Shown here in pieces: positions 13,401 to 25,373 of a stretch of DNA of 64,000 nucleotides. A program made the position numbers and the translations under genes. How positions within the stretch are numbered: the first letter of the stretch is position 1; each line of letters starts with the position of its first letter. The notes under the pieces were generated by a model. The model was not told the DNA's origin. It worked only from the letters and a program-made list of their open reading frames with translations, and made no database searches. This DNA comes from Dicyema japonicum (taxonomy: Eukaryota > Animalia > Dicyemida). Location of the stretch: contig RDEW01000006.1 in assembly GCA_011109175.1 (NCBI GenBank), positions 1,240,632 through 1,304,631 of the forward strand, written 5' to 3'.

Positions 13401-13486
13401 CTAAGAAAGTATTGGATTCACGTAGAATAGGACGATAGTTAATATTCGATTCACACGTGGTGTTTCCTAATGTTGCATACGCCCCA

Positions 13487-14548
13487 GTCAATTCATAACG
13501 GGGTTGTGAAAATAAGTATAATGGATCGTCAAAGATGTATATTCACTACACTGAGCACGTGGTAGAAAATCGACATCAAAGTGGATTATCTTTAGACGAG
13601 TGTATTAGAAGTTAGTGCTGGGATCCACCTAACTCAGGAGACGCCAATGCCTGGCTGATATCTGAAAATCATCTTTTCTCTACTTCAGTGGAGGGGTTTC
13701 CATAATGTCAGATACTTGGAAGGGACGTCTGATGGGAAAGGCTATTTAAAAAATCTTTGGCAGATATGTGGAGTCGTTTCAGATTAAAGATCACGAAGAA
13801 CATGAAGCTTCTGGAAGAACATAGAGCAAAGGTGAGCATGACTAGTTAAGGAACCAAGATGATTCTCTCCTAATTTGTCGGTGATTCATATTGATGGCCT
13901 TTAATTTCGAATCTTTACATGAACTGAATTTCAAACCTTTTTCGAACTACTTAATCAAAGATTAATAATTATTTTTAAAATCAAACTTTCCACTCCTCAA
14001 CATTATATTTTGAATCGTCAAAGCGTCTTGATGGAATATATTATTTGCAAAGGGACAACTACTCCATTTGATGATGAGGTAGAGAAATTTAATTACTCTT
14101 TTAGGTAATCACGTGGCACTAAACTAGCGTTGTTAGGAATTTATGCATCGATTTTCTACTCACCCTATGACCAGAGCCTGGATCGATCGCAGTAGTTGTC
14201 TTCAATCAATTTGATGTCAACATATATGATAATGCGATTCCCAGGAGGCTGGGGTACATTTCATAAACTGGAATACATTAACTGTCTGAGTGTACTTTGT
14301 CATTTTTATGTGCGAACACAGGGTTTTCTAGATATATTATAGCCTTCTATAACTATTGAAAGCACAACTAATGATAATGTGATTCCAGGTCAGAAACTGG
14401 AGAAAAATCAGGATATATTAATTTCAAAAACCCCAAAGGGGCTATGCGCCAACTAGAAAGTACTGCAATACTAGGAGGACGCGCGGTATGGCGGAAGCAA
14501 GCTTCGCAACACACACCCGGCCACAAAAATAAGCATTATATCTTGCCC
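13487..14548. repeat. Block duplicated at 42886-43463 (13487-13660 and 14133-14548; the 13660-14133 segment is absent from the second copy)
   Basis: Long near-identical stretches such as tttagacgagtgtattag and gtactttgtcatttttatgtgc occur at both sites. Confidence 0.9.
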
Positions 14549-14626
14549 TTGTAAGGGCGTCCCAGATATAAGCTGGAAAGAACAGATACTACACTTTGAA
14601 TCTTAGCCAAAAGGCCGAGAAGCGAC
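14443..14626 (-). ncRNA. U2: U2 spliceosomal snRNA, full length (about 184 nt)
   Basis: Reads (G)UCGCUUCUCGGCCUUUUGGCUAAGAUUCAAAGUGUAGUAUCUGUUC. Also present: stem IIa UUCCAG/CUGGGA, IIa loop complementary to downstream AUAUAA (IIc), Sm site AUUUUUG, stem III with CUUG loop, loop IV UAUUGCAGUA, and a 3'-box-like GTTTTTGAAA. Confidence 0.97.
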
Positions 14627-15282
14627 AGAAGGCAGATAAATAGATAACATGATTTATTCGCAAAACCCCAACTAACTAAACAAGGTAAGAGCCATTAACT
14701 AAAGAGGAAAGCCAAGATTTGGGGTCGTCTCTATCGGGGCACTCTCATGAGACACCGTATGTCTCTTCTCCGTAAAAAGCCCCAATTACAATGCGAGTTT
14801 CCACAAGCAATGTAATAAATCACCAATTCTTCTCGTTTTTCTTTCGTATTCGTCATCAATTTCAGATGCTAAATCCAATCCATGTGCTTCAATTTAGTTT
14901 CATTTATAATTAGAACTTCCATCTGGATCGTGCTGGCTATAGCAACCAGCACTGAGGCCCGTTTCGAAGAGAACGGGCATTAATCAGGTTATCCTGACTA
15001 CTTCTGGTTTTTTCGGTGGCTGCCCTCTCTTCTTAAGAGCACCACTCTCTTCTCTGTGTTGAAGCTTCTACTGTTTCTTTTTTAGAAGGTTTCTTATTAT
15101 ATGTCGTATTCCAGCCAGACAAAAGCTGACATTGCATGTATAAAAATAATTATCTTTCAAGACAGTTGTCAACATTATCAATACATTTGGCTTGAACTAT
15201 TGATAATAGTATTCGAATTGCCCTTTTTACTATTTTTATTATATTATTTTAATTAATAATATTAATAAATTTTATATTTTCG

Positions 15283-16545
15283 ATTATCCTTATCTGTGGT
15301 TACTGTTGGGAATATAATCACGAATATCTTAAATGAGTCGATGGAACTTCACTGTCCACTTCCTTTGGGACATGGAGTCTTAATTCCAATACATAAACCT
15401 GGGAAAAAAGAAGGGTCGTTGGACGGACTAAGACCTATTATTCTATTGTTAGTTATAGAGAAAAACTCATGATTGTTCTAAAGGAACTGCTTGACGAGGA
15501 CTGCCTGAGACTAATAAGTTTATTACTTTCCGAAACTGACCTATCCGTGAGAATAGGAACAAAGCATTCGAAGAGTTTCAGTACCAACATGGGCACTCCA
15601 CAAGGAGATTCCTTGTCCCCAATTATATTTATTGTTTACCTCGAAGCTGCGCTCAAGGAATTGAGAAATGTCATGGGTCCTAAATACCGGGACATAACAG
15701 AGTTAATTTATGCGGATGATGTAGACTTTGTGTCTACCGACCAAGAAATACTTGACCAAATTTTACTTCAAGCCGAACGTATTTTTAAGAATTGGGATTT
15801 ACGCATAAAAATTAAAAAAACTGATTATACACGAGTCGAACGAGCAGAATCAAGGAACGATGAGTGCTGGAGACATACCAAAAAACTCGGCTCACTGCTA
15901 GGTGATGCTGAGGATATTTGTCGAAGGAAAATGCTGGCTACCATATACTTCAAAAAAATGTACCAAATTTGGATAAGGAAAAAACATGTATCACTGAAAC
16001 TTCGTGTCAGACTATACGACACGTTTGTTAAACCAATTTTGCTATACAATTCCGGAACATGGGCATGTTCTAAAATTGATTTAGAGAAGCTAGATACTTT
16101 TCACAGGAACCAACTCCGCATGTTGATTGGAATTTTTTGGCCGAGAAAAATCTCAAATGAAAATCTATATTCACGATGTAAATCCAGACCACTCAGCACC
16201 GATGTTATTTTATCGAGATGGCGACTATTTGGACATATCCTCAGACTGGACCAGACTACGCCATGTAACGGAATAATGGAAGAATATTTCTACTACGCCG
16301 GAAGTTGCGGATTTCGAGGCAGACCAAGAAACACACTTCCAACTTGCTTAAAAGATGACTACGAACAAAATAGTCGTAAATTGGTGACAGCGGACGATCT
16401 GGATGATGTTCGAATGAGAGCCAGGAACAAGATGGCGTGGGCGAGGATGGCGAGGAGGATGGCTGCAAAACATGGCTCAAGCGAACCCCTTTTAGGGCCA
16501 CGCGAAAGAGCTCTTAACTAACTAACTAATTATCCTTGTCTGTGG
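15283..16545 (+). mobile_element. 5'-truncated, internally deleted RTE-clade LINE with target-site duplication
   Basis: RT motifs GTPQGDSLSP and YADD; (TAAC)n tail; flanked by attatccttatctgtgg (15283-15299) and attatccttgtctgtgg (16529-16545). Confidence 0.92.
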
Positions 16546-17199
16546 CACTAACGGGATCTTAGTTAATATAACCTTTTTTGATTCTGTCAAAGTGCTTTTA
16601 TTAATAATATCCTTATCTCCGTGAAAACCAGGAGTTATGTGATCAACATGTCTCACGTTAGGTCCATTGGCATCCAATAAGGATCTCTCATTTTTACATC
16701 ATGGAGGGTTTCCCACGACTTGGATATGAATTGACTTTTTCTATAGAAAAGACACTTTACTACGATCTTAGGAGCTGAATTTTATTTGCTCTGCCCCACC
16801 AAATCAAATCGACAACTTGTGAGAACGTACGCTTTTTACTGTTCTTGTTAACCACCCGTTTCTTTCACTTGATCGGTCATGGTGATAATAAATAAATTGA
16901 TCTTTGAATTAAAACAGTGGACGAATTAAGCTCCGTCTCAAAAAAATAAGCAGTGTGAAATTCAGGAACCCATATTGAGTCTAATTTTAGTGTTTACTGA
17001 AAGTGAGGTCACCTATATAGAAAATCAAGAGTGAGACTTAATTCCAGTAAATACCACCTTTGGTAGTATTAGTAGTAACCCTAGAAACTTAAACCTACAC
17101 TCGTAAGGTCTGAGCATTCTTATCAGAGTTTACAAGGATACTTTGTATTAGAAGAGATCAAGAAAAGGATGATTCTCAGTATATAGCTTTGGAGTATAA

Positions 17200-17490
17200 A
17201 GTTTGCAACGACGTCATCCTTCTACTTGTTCCTATCACGCGCAGGTTCTCGTAGTACATCTAAGTTCTCTTCCTTTCTAAAACAACTCCAAACCTTTATG
17301 AGGTCTCCATACACGACCATCAGTGGGGTGGTCCTTGGTCGTCACGAAATCTGAACTGTCGAAGGTGGCTATGTTAGCATGGACTTCCAGATGAATCTTA
17401 GTCCATTAAGCCTCCATCGAGCTTCCATTATTTCAACCGAGGTTGACGAACACCTCATCCTCTCGTACGCTGTTCTGTTTGATATTATGC
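17200..17490 (-). mobile_element. RTE 3' remnant
   Basis: ISNRTAYER..EARWRLNG followed by an RPRTT-like motif. Confidence 0.5.
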
Positions 17491-17639
17491 AGCCCCCGGG
17501 AAGAAAATTAGTTGTAAAAATGATTTTATCAATTTCAAAATTCATAAATTTCGTTTTTTTAATTAATTTATATATTTGTATAAAAATACATTTTATTCAT
17601 AAAATAATTCTCTCAGATCGACAAATTAATTATTCTAAC

Positions 17640-18222
17640 ATGAAAATAATAGGTCATTTATGTGTCAGCTAAAATTAGGCATTTTATTCTTCTGTCTGGG
17701 CCTGGTTGTGTCCTTCGGAATATCCATTAGTTTGTATGCCACTGGTAAGCTTTCTGAGTATTTTAAGGATTCAAGCTATCCGGCAGATGCCCCATGAATC
17801 TGTGGTCCCAAGATTACGATTTCAATAGGAATATTGGGCTTCGCGTTCGGGTTTGTTATTTTCTCCTCTTCATTTGACGCTATCTCTGAAAACGGAAAAA
17901 ACAAGACCAAATTTGTTGTTGGATGTGATATTGTCCTCTTCTTATTTTCCACTATTGCCTTTCTTATGTGCATTTCAAGTAAGCTTTCCTTCCATTTTAA
18001 GATGTGGTCTTGATCTCGAGACGACCAGTTGACCCTTTAAACGACAATTTCGCTTTGAGTAACGGCTACATCATTGACTCCAAATTTTGTGATTCCACCT
18101 CGTATTCCATCATATTTCATTTGTCTATCATACAATCTGCGTTATTGCTTTCTTTCATTATTTACATCTCCACGTGGTGTTGGTTCGACAGAAAACAATT
18201 CATTAGGCTAACCAGAAGATGA
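17640..18222 (+). CDS. Four-pass membrane protein, TMEM272-like (about 170 aa)
   Basis: Spliced (introns 26, 23, 23 nt; one apparent extra C near 17805) to MKIIGILFFCLGLVVSFGI..GRCP..FCDSTSYSIIF..; four hydrophobic segments, and CP and FCDxTxY motifs as in TMEM272. Confidence 0.65.
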
Positions 18223-19119
18223 CTTTACTAATCTGCCTTTATTAACATGATTTTTCTATATTTGAGGGATATTAGCTTATTTTGGAATCCGACAATTGCA
18301 TAAGCTCGGTCTCCCTTGTAGGTCTTGGAGTACTTAGTTTCCTGAAGACATTTCTCTTTCCTTAAAACAGTGATCCTGGATCAATAAAGGTCTCCTCAGA
18401 TGTTGGCATCCCGTGGATAATGGCCGCTCCAAGGCCCTGTCGAAACCATGCTTGTTATAAATTTTTCAAATTCTTTGATGAGGGATATACGGATTGTTTC
18501 AACCGTTTCGAATACAGGAAACTTTCGCGTATGATCCACCTGTCTCAGACGCACCAAAAATACGAGAAATGTATAGTTCTTGGAGTCGGTATGTCTATTG
18601 TTTGATTCTGTCCACAGAGGCCCAAACTCATTAAATTTGTAAACCTTCATCTATACGGATGATGTTATAATGATCCCTTTGATGATAGCAGATATCTAGC
18701 AGTCAAATCTGAAAATTTTACCTCTAACTTTTTAAACCACACAGGGGTTCCACGAGGAGACATAATGTTCCCTATTCTTTTCGCTATTTATCTTGAGTTG
18801 AGAGACTTCAGTTTGTGGGCACCCTCAACGACTTATTAGTCTTAGAAATATCCATATGTCCAATGAGAAGACAATTAAAGCCATTGATTGAAGCTCTCAT
18901 CCTCTCAACGTTTCCCATTCAAAGTGGAATAGTGCCAATCAAAATGGAATAGTATCATCCAAAATATGACAGTTTCATTCAAAATGAGAATGGTGTTATT
19001 AAAAGTGGGACAGTGAATGAGAAATTTTTGTGAGGTGTTAAAAATTAATTTAGATTAATAATATTCTTTTATTTTAATCTAAAGATATCGGTAAAAAATA
19101 TTTTTAAAAAATAATTATA

Positions 19120-19520
19120 CTCATGGTGAGCAAGAAAATAGTGTTGAAAAATTAAAACTTCTGGCTGTTTATGAGGCTGGTGGAGATTAGCAGGATCTTG
19201 TAGTTGAATCGGAAATACCAAGCGCAACTGCTTACCGTTGATTTCATTAAAATAAGAACAATACGAGAGGAGGAAAGGGCCAAGTTACGTCATTGGAGAA
19301 TATGTGGATGTTCTGATTGAACAAATTGAGCTAAATCTTCTCGTAACGTTGAGGCAAATGATCGAGCTGCTTAAAGAAAAAAATTGATACAACGATGTAA
19401 GTCATCAGTGGCTAGACATCTCGATGTATACCCTAAAGATGCAAGACATAAACCTGAAAAGCCAATAGTCCAGAGAATAAGAAAAGAATTCAGACTCAAA
19501 TGCCTTGAATAAGTGTATGG
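19120..19520 (+). mobile_element. Tc1/IS630-like transposase N-terminal remnant
   Basis: TRGG..K, TLRQMIELL, VARHLD..YTLKDARHKPEKANSPENK pattern; disrupted. Confidence 0.55.
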
Positions 19521-20161
19521 ACTTGATCTCATACCGCTCTATGCCTTCTTCGAATTCTAAGGATCACTCTCTTGCTAGTCCGATGCAGAGGTTACTGAGG
19601 ATATGGATGGACGTGATACTTTGAGTGAACACACTTTCATAAAGTTGGCTCAATATCCACCTAGTCCTTCCATGTCATTGGTCAGGATCACCTCTGGTTA
19701 ATCGTTCAATTTCATCATTTTACATAAATACTCTCTCTTTTCAAAAACATCCCAGGTGCGATGAAGGAAGTCCACTTATATCTACTTTCATCTAGATGGT
19801 TTTCCAAGGGAAGAACTCTGACAGAGTTTCTTAACTACTTGATGATATTTTGAGGTCGAAAGATCGGAGATATATTAACTTGTCTTTATTGAAAGATCGA
19901 GAATCACTGGTAATTAGGTAATCTTGGTTTCTCTCAGCAACCATCTAATCTTAGTTCGATGCTCTCTTGGATCCTTGAATTGTTTGATCTTTTGAGCAGG
20001 CACAGTGTGGCATGTATTATCTTGATTCCTTCAACGTGGACATGACCTATTGTATCCCTTAATAGAAGATAGTAGATCTCTGAACTTTGGAAAATAAAGG
20101 AGCAAAAATAAAACAAATAAAGCATAAAATTATAAAGAAACAAAAATACACAAAATCAGAG

Positions 20162-21791
20162 TCAATTGATGTATTCTAAGGTAGTGTTATCTAAAATAGA
20201 ATAAAATGTTCACCAATCATCCATCTGACTTGGGTTGGTTTCCCTACACTTGATTCCTCCCCACGTGTTGAAATTCGGAAGAGAAGAGCAGGCCGTTCAG
20301 CTTTATCAACAAAAGCTCCATGAAGCACGCTCATTGGTAGTTCACACTGAGGAAGATTTCCACGATAAAGTCCTCTAAACACACGCCCACCTTCCCTTGC
20401 AAATGCCAAAGAACATATATATCCGTCAATTGGCCCTTCTCTGGGAGGCTCCCATGACAACGAGAGAGTGTCAGCAGATCTGGATATTCTGACAGATCTC
20501 GGAGGCCCAGGTTCAGGCATAGTGTGCACGTGTAGAAGCTGACTCCAAGGACCTGTCCCGAGACAGTTCAAAGCAGCAACCCTGACGTGGTAATCCGTGT
20601 CAAAGAGGACGTTCTGAATGACTGATTCGTTCTGGTACGACATGCGGGTCTCTTCTACCGTGTTTCCCGCTCTACTAAGGGACACAATATATTGAGCCGC
20701 ATTCGGAACAGGAGACCAGACAAGGTTGAAACGTGTACTTCCGATGGCAGTGATCTCTAGTGAAGAGACTGGATAAGGCTTCCTGAGTTCGAGGAACCAG
20801 AAATCATCCAATGGCTCTTCGCCCCGTCCTCCAAAGATGTAGAGTCTTGAAGACTTGGGGCAAACGACGGCAGAATGACCAGCACGTGGCCTGGGACCAT
20901 CAAGTGTTGTGAGATCTGTCCACTGGAAGGTGTCGAACCGGAAGGAAAATAAAGAGCTGGAGAATTTCTCACCAGAGTTGGGTCTTCCACCGAAAACATA
21001 CATTTGATCCCCATAAATGCAGGCTGAATGAAGACTTCTTCCAGGAGAGAATCCCCTGAGTATAATTTCACTCCAAATACACAAATCTTCGTTTAGAAAT
21101 AAGCTTACGGGTATTAAACTCCCACAAATCCCCCAATCTAGTTCTTCCGTTGTTTCCTCCGAATAAATAAAGCGTCTGGTTGTGAGCTACGACGGAATGG
21201 GACTCCCTTGGAGAGGGCCACCTCCCACCTTTAACGGGCCGCCAAAAAGGTAGGCTACTAAGATCCCACTGGTAGAGATCTTGAAGGTATCTACCAGTAA
21301 TTCAGACGTTTAACTGATCGTTATTCTTCCCTCCAAAGTAGGCCCCCGAACAGGTAAAACGATCCCCCACATTCTGTCAGAGAGTGACCTTAAGTGTTTA
21401 CTCCTCCTTACCGAATCGAGGAATAGGGGACTCGCCTGAGAAGTTAACCTGTTCGCAATGAAAATCATCCAGACTGAGGGAATACGTGTCTCCTCTGACT
21501 TCATAGAACTCAGCCATTCCACCAACGATGAAAGCCTTCTCCTTCCAGACAGCACAGCCAAAGGCTGCCCGACATTCAAGGACATCGCCATTCTCTTGGG
21601 GAACACTCCATTCACATGTTTCTAGGTTTACAGTAATGAGCACTTAAGTCGAAAACAGTCAGCTTATTCTTCATTCCTTCCCAACCTCCCCCAATTATGA
21701 TAAGCTTGTCGTTATATATTATTGATCGATGCCCGTGACGAGCTTCCGGTCTGTTAGGGATTTCACAAAAGTTCCAGGCGTTAGTTCTCAT
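20162..21791 (-). CDS. HCFC1: Host cell factor (HCF) homologue, minimal kelch plus Fn3 form (about 500 aa)
   Basis: Kelch motifs RHGHR, GGMAEF, PRFGHS, PRESHS, RSLHSA, RAGHSA; Fn3 tail PALLFRI..PTQVRW matches HCF [23 protein letters not shown]. Inferred introns 22, 23, 24, 22 and 23 nt; one indel near 21335. The 3' end is 20162 if the last intron is real (ORF-track stop 20191). Confidence 0.9.
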
Positions 21792-23399
21792 AAGGTAAAA
21801 GGGAAATAATAATTTAAAATTATTTTTTGAGATAATTTTTAAATATTTTTAGACATTATGAATGATTTTTAAATTAAGGACTTTTTAAATTGTTAGCATT
21901 TTAATTCTGATTTCATCAACTTTTTGTTGTTGGTGGTATGTTTTTATGAGGTCCACCAATCAGGGCAACGCCAGGTACCAGGAGTATATGAAAAATGACC
22001 TTTTCACCTTACGATTCATTGAGTGGTTAAGGTAGAGTCTGAATGCACTCAACAGTGTTCGTGCCTCTGCGAACTGGATCACTCTAATTAGTTATTCCGT
22101 TTATCTCATATACGGGGATCTTTTGACAGATCCACGAGTTCTTTCAATTTTGGGTCGGACGAACCAACGTTAACTTCTGATTTCCAGTGTCTCTTAAATA
22201 CATCATCTCGTCCATGCTCAGGAGAAAAAAGACAAGTGTTTCGTGAAGCTATGTAGACATTCCGCGCGATAGAATGCATCACCACCTCATACTTCCCACC
22301 AATTAACCACCGTTACTCATTTTCAAGTTCAACGATTCTAAAAGTCACCCAATCACTTGTCTCCTATAGCTACTTTCTTTATGAATTCTGGGGGTCACTC
22401 GAATAAGTTCAATATTCTGATACTTAATTTTCCAACTTCTCTTCATTAATCGACAATTACATTGACACTCTTACAGTATCCGCTACTGAATGGTGTCAAC
22501 ATAAGGTGCGTCAACGTACATCTTTTATAGTCCGAGGTTCCTCAATGCTCTTTTCGAGGTCTCCCCTTTAGATTTTCGTATATCTGACGTTTCTTAATTT
22601 TCAGCTTAGAAGAGATTAAGCTAAGGGGAAAGTCTATAAGGAATTGGGCAATTACTAAAACAACCATGTGGAAGCGACTTTGAGTGGAGATACGGAACAC
22701 TGGATTCAAAATACCAAAAATATCCTTGGGACCTCACGGCTCTCTGAAGATGTATTGTTTAAGCAAACAACCGCAGAATAGGGGCAAATTCTTGTTGGAT
22801 CAGTTCTTCTAACTCGTCTTTTGTTTCAGGAGGCTCCCAGTGCGAAGACTTTCTATGCATCTACTACCAGGGGGACCAGATACAATTAATTGTTGGTTAA
22901 CTGCTGACTTCAGATGATACATAAGCTCTTAAACCAAGTAAAACTGAAAACAGGTCACTAAGTTTTAAGGTCAGTTGGATACAGAGAAAGAACTAAGCAC
23001 TAAGTGTATCCAGTTTCCACTGTCAAATAAACAGAGTCCATCCAATGTCACACAAGTCCATCCAGAACCAGCATAAAAGGTAAAGACGTCTATTCTTTGC
23101 AGTAGAGGAAACCCCTATAGTGAGTGGAGGAGAGCAAATGATCATTTTGATCCTCCAACCTAGCACTGGGTGCCACTTGACAGGTGGAGTACATGACGAC
23201 GCCACTCTAGTAGAAAGGAGAAAGGAGGAACAGACGAAACAAACAATCTTCACTCAAGCAGCCACATGGCAGCAGACTGCTACGTTGATCCATTGATTAA
23301 CTCTTAATCTCTTTATTATTACTCTCAATCTCTTTCCAGATATTATTATTAATAAGCACACCGCAAAACAACGTTAGTAATGTTATCTCGCTTGTACCA

Positions 23400-23830
23400 C
23401 CCTCTCCTGGATGCGTTTTGTTAATCGCTTCCAGTTCCCTCTGTTCCTCGATAGGTCCCTCAGATGCTCAAGATCATCTGCCGACGTCAACCCTTTCCCA
23501 ATCGAAGTTAGATCTTGATGTAGAAGGGTTGGTAGAGTAATTCGTGGTCTCTCCCGGATGAGGAGTATAGTGATGTTAGGAGTATAGTGAGATTAGCGGG
23601 AGTATTCATATCCATTCTTAAGATGTGACCAAATAAGCCCCATCTGTTACTTCTTATTTTTCCGTCTAATAAGTGGATATTGTAATGGGAATGGAGGTGT
23701 TTGTTTGAGGTGTGCTTTAGCCGGGAAATTCTTAGAATGTATCTGAGCTGCAATCTATGAAAGGAGTTCAGACTTTCCGTTATTATTATTGCCCTCAGGA
23801 TCACTGGGTTAAAGAGAAAGAAATAAAAGC
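23400..23830 (-). mobile_element. RTE 3' remnant
   Basis: SFHRLQLRYIL, RWGLFGHILRMDMNTPAN, RPRTTL. Confidence 0.7.
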
Positions 23831-24039
23831 TATCATCTAACTAAGTGATCCAAGACCGACAAATGAGAGGACGAGTCCGGCTGGGTAGACAATCCTGAAC
23901 AGCTCTTTTCATTGGACATGGCATCGGCTCAAAATTTCTGTATGATTGTAGATATTTCGATAGTGTATGGAATAGAGGGCAGCTCGGTAAATTAGCTCCT
24001 TTAAGAGTTTCCGTTGTAATTCGATTAAGAAATTTTCAA

Positions 24040-24890
24040 TGGGCTGGATTTTGTGTTAGGGTCCAATTAACCTTATTACAGTCTCCTCGATTGCGGATAG
24101 TTTCAATAAGGAAGATCGTGAAATCTGCATTGCCCATGGAGGACTTGCATACGTCATCGTTGTTCGGATAAATTGTTCATAAATCGTGGCAAGGCCACCG
24201 GTTTGGTCTCTAAGTGTTTTTGAGAGCACTTTTAAAATTCTCATTTTCTTCAGAGCAGAAGTTACTTTGTTCTCAACATATCGGATAAAGGTGAGTCCCT
24301 GATCAAAAATTACTCCAAGAATCTTCGGTGTTTTGTTAATAGGAATAGCTTTGTTTTTCATAAAGATTTTTGGTTCGATACAGAGCTGTCTTTTGTAAGT
24401 GGTAAACAGCATGACAGAGGACTTTGTTGCTGATGTGTCTAGTCTTTGCTTGAGAGCCTAGTTCAGTTGTCAAGCATTTGTTGAGCGACTGAGTCGTGAT
24501 TGTGATGCTTCTGTCCTTGAAGGCGAGAATGATATCGTCGGCATAGGAGAGGATTAGACAGTTTTCATTACAGGTTTGGGCATGTCGTTTATGTAGAGAT
24601 TGAAGAGTTGGGTGATAGTGGGAGCCTTGAACTCCATTTGGAAATAGAGATCTTGATTTGATGTTGTTGCAGAGTACTTGTGCTCGTCTTCCATTTAGGA
24701 AGTTTCCAAGCCAAAGTTTCAGGTTCGGATGGATGTTGGTTTCAAATATTTTCTTTGTAAGGAGTTTCCTAGGGACTGAGTCGAACGCTTTTGTGATGTC
24801 CACGGATATAAGTACTGTTCTCTGATGGGGTTTGGGGAGTTAAATCCTTCCGCAATGAATTGGGTTGTGAGGTATGTTGTGGTAGACGTT
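24040..24890 (-). mobile_element. I/Jockey-like RT fragment
   Basis: DITKAFDSV, PNGVQGS, YADDII, PKILGVIFD. Confidence 0.8.
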
Positions 24891-24909
24891 CCATTTCTTT
24901 CCAGATATT

Positions 24910-25230
24910 ATTATTATTAATTATTATGACCGGTTGACTACGATTTCGCCCGCCATTTCCATTATAATATCAGATGGTGTCCACACTCTCGTAACGTAGT
25001 AAATCAGGTCCTGATAGACTGCAAATCCGAGACTATAATGTCGGCAGGCCGACGGGAGGATAAAATGGTGGAATTTTCCAAACAGTTCTGTACATTGTAC
25101 GGTCGTTTATGTCTCTTGTAGACAGCAGACAAACGTCAGTTGGTGTTTCTTGTAAGGTTAATCAATTCCTCTGCAATTGAAAGATCCCAGAGTGAACGGA
25201 GAATGAATACGAATAAGACATAGTGCAATA
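24910..25230 (-). mobile_element. RTE-like APE 5' remnant
   Basis: FTLGSFNCRGI, a frameshifted LQET and LGFAV. Confidence 0.45.
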
Positions 25231-25373
25231 GAGGTGTCGTCACCACCTAAACCTATATTGATATCCGAGGTTAAATAAATATTAATTAAAAGACCGAGAA
25301 TCGTGAATAATTTGTTTTAATTTGAATTTATAAAATAGTAATTTTTTAAATTTAATATAATTTGTTTTTACTT

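Noticed and set aside
22978-23000. GATACAGAGAA resembling the U6 ACAGAGA box
   Set aside because: The downstream GATTAGC/ISL and the 5' hairpin are absent.
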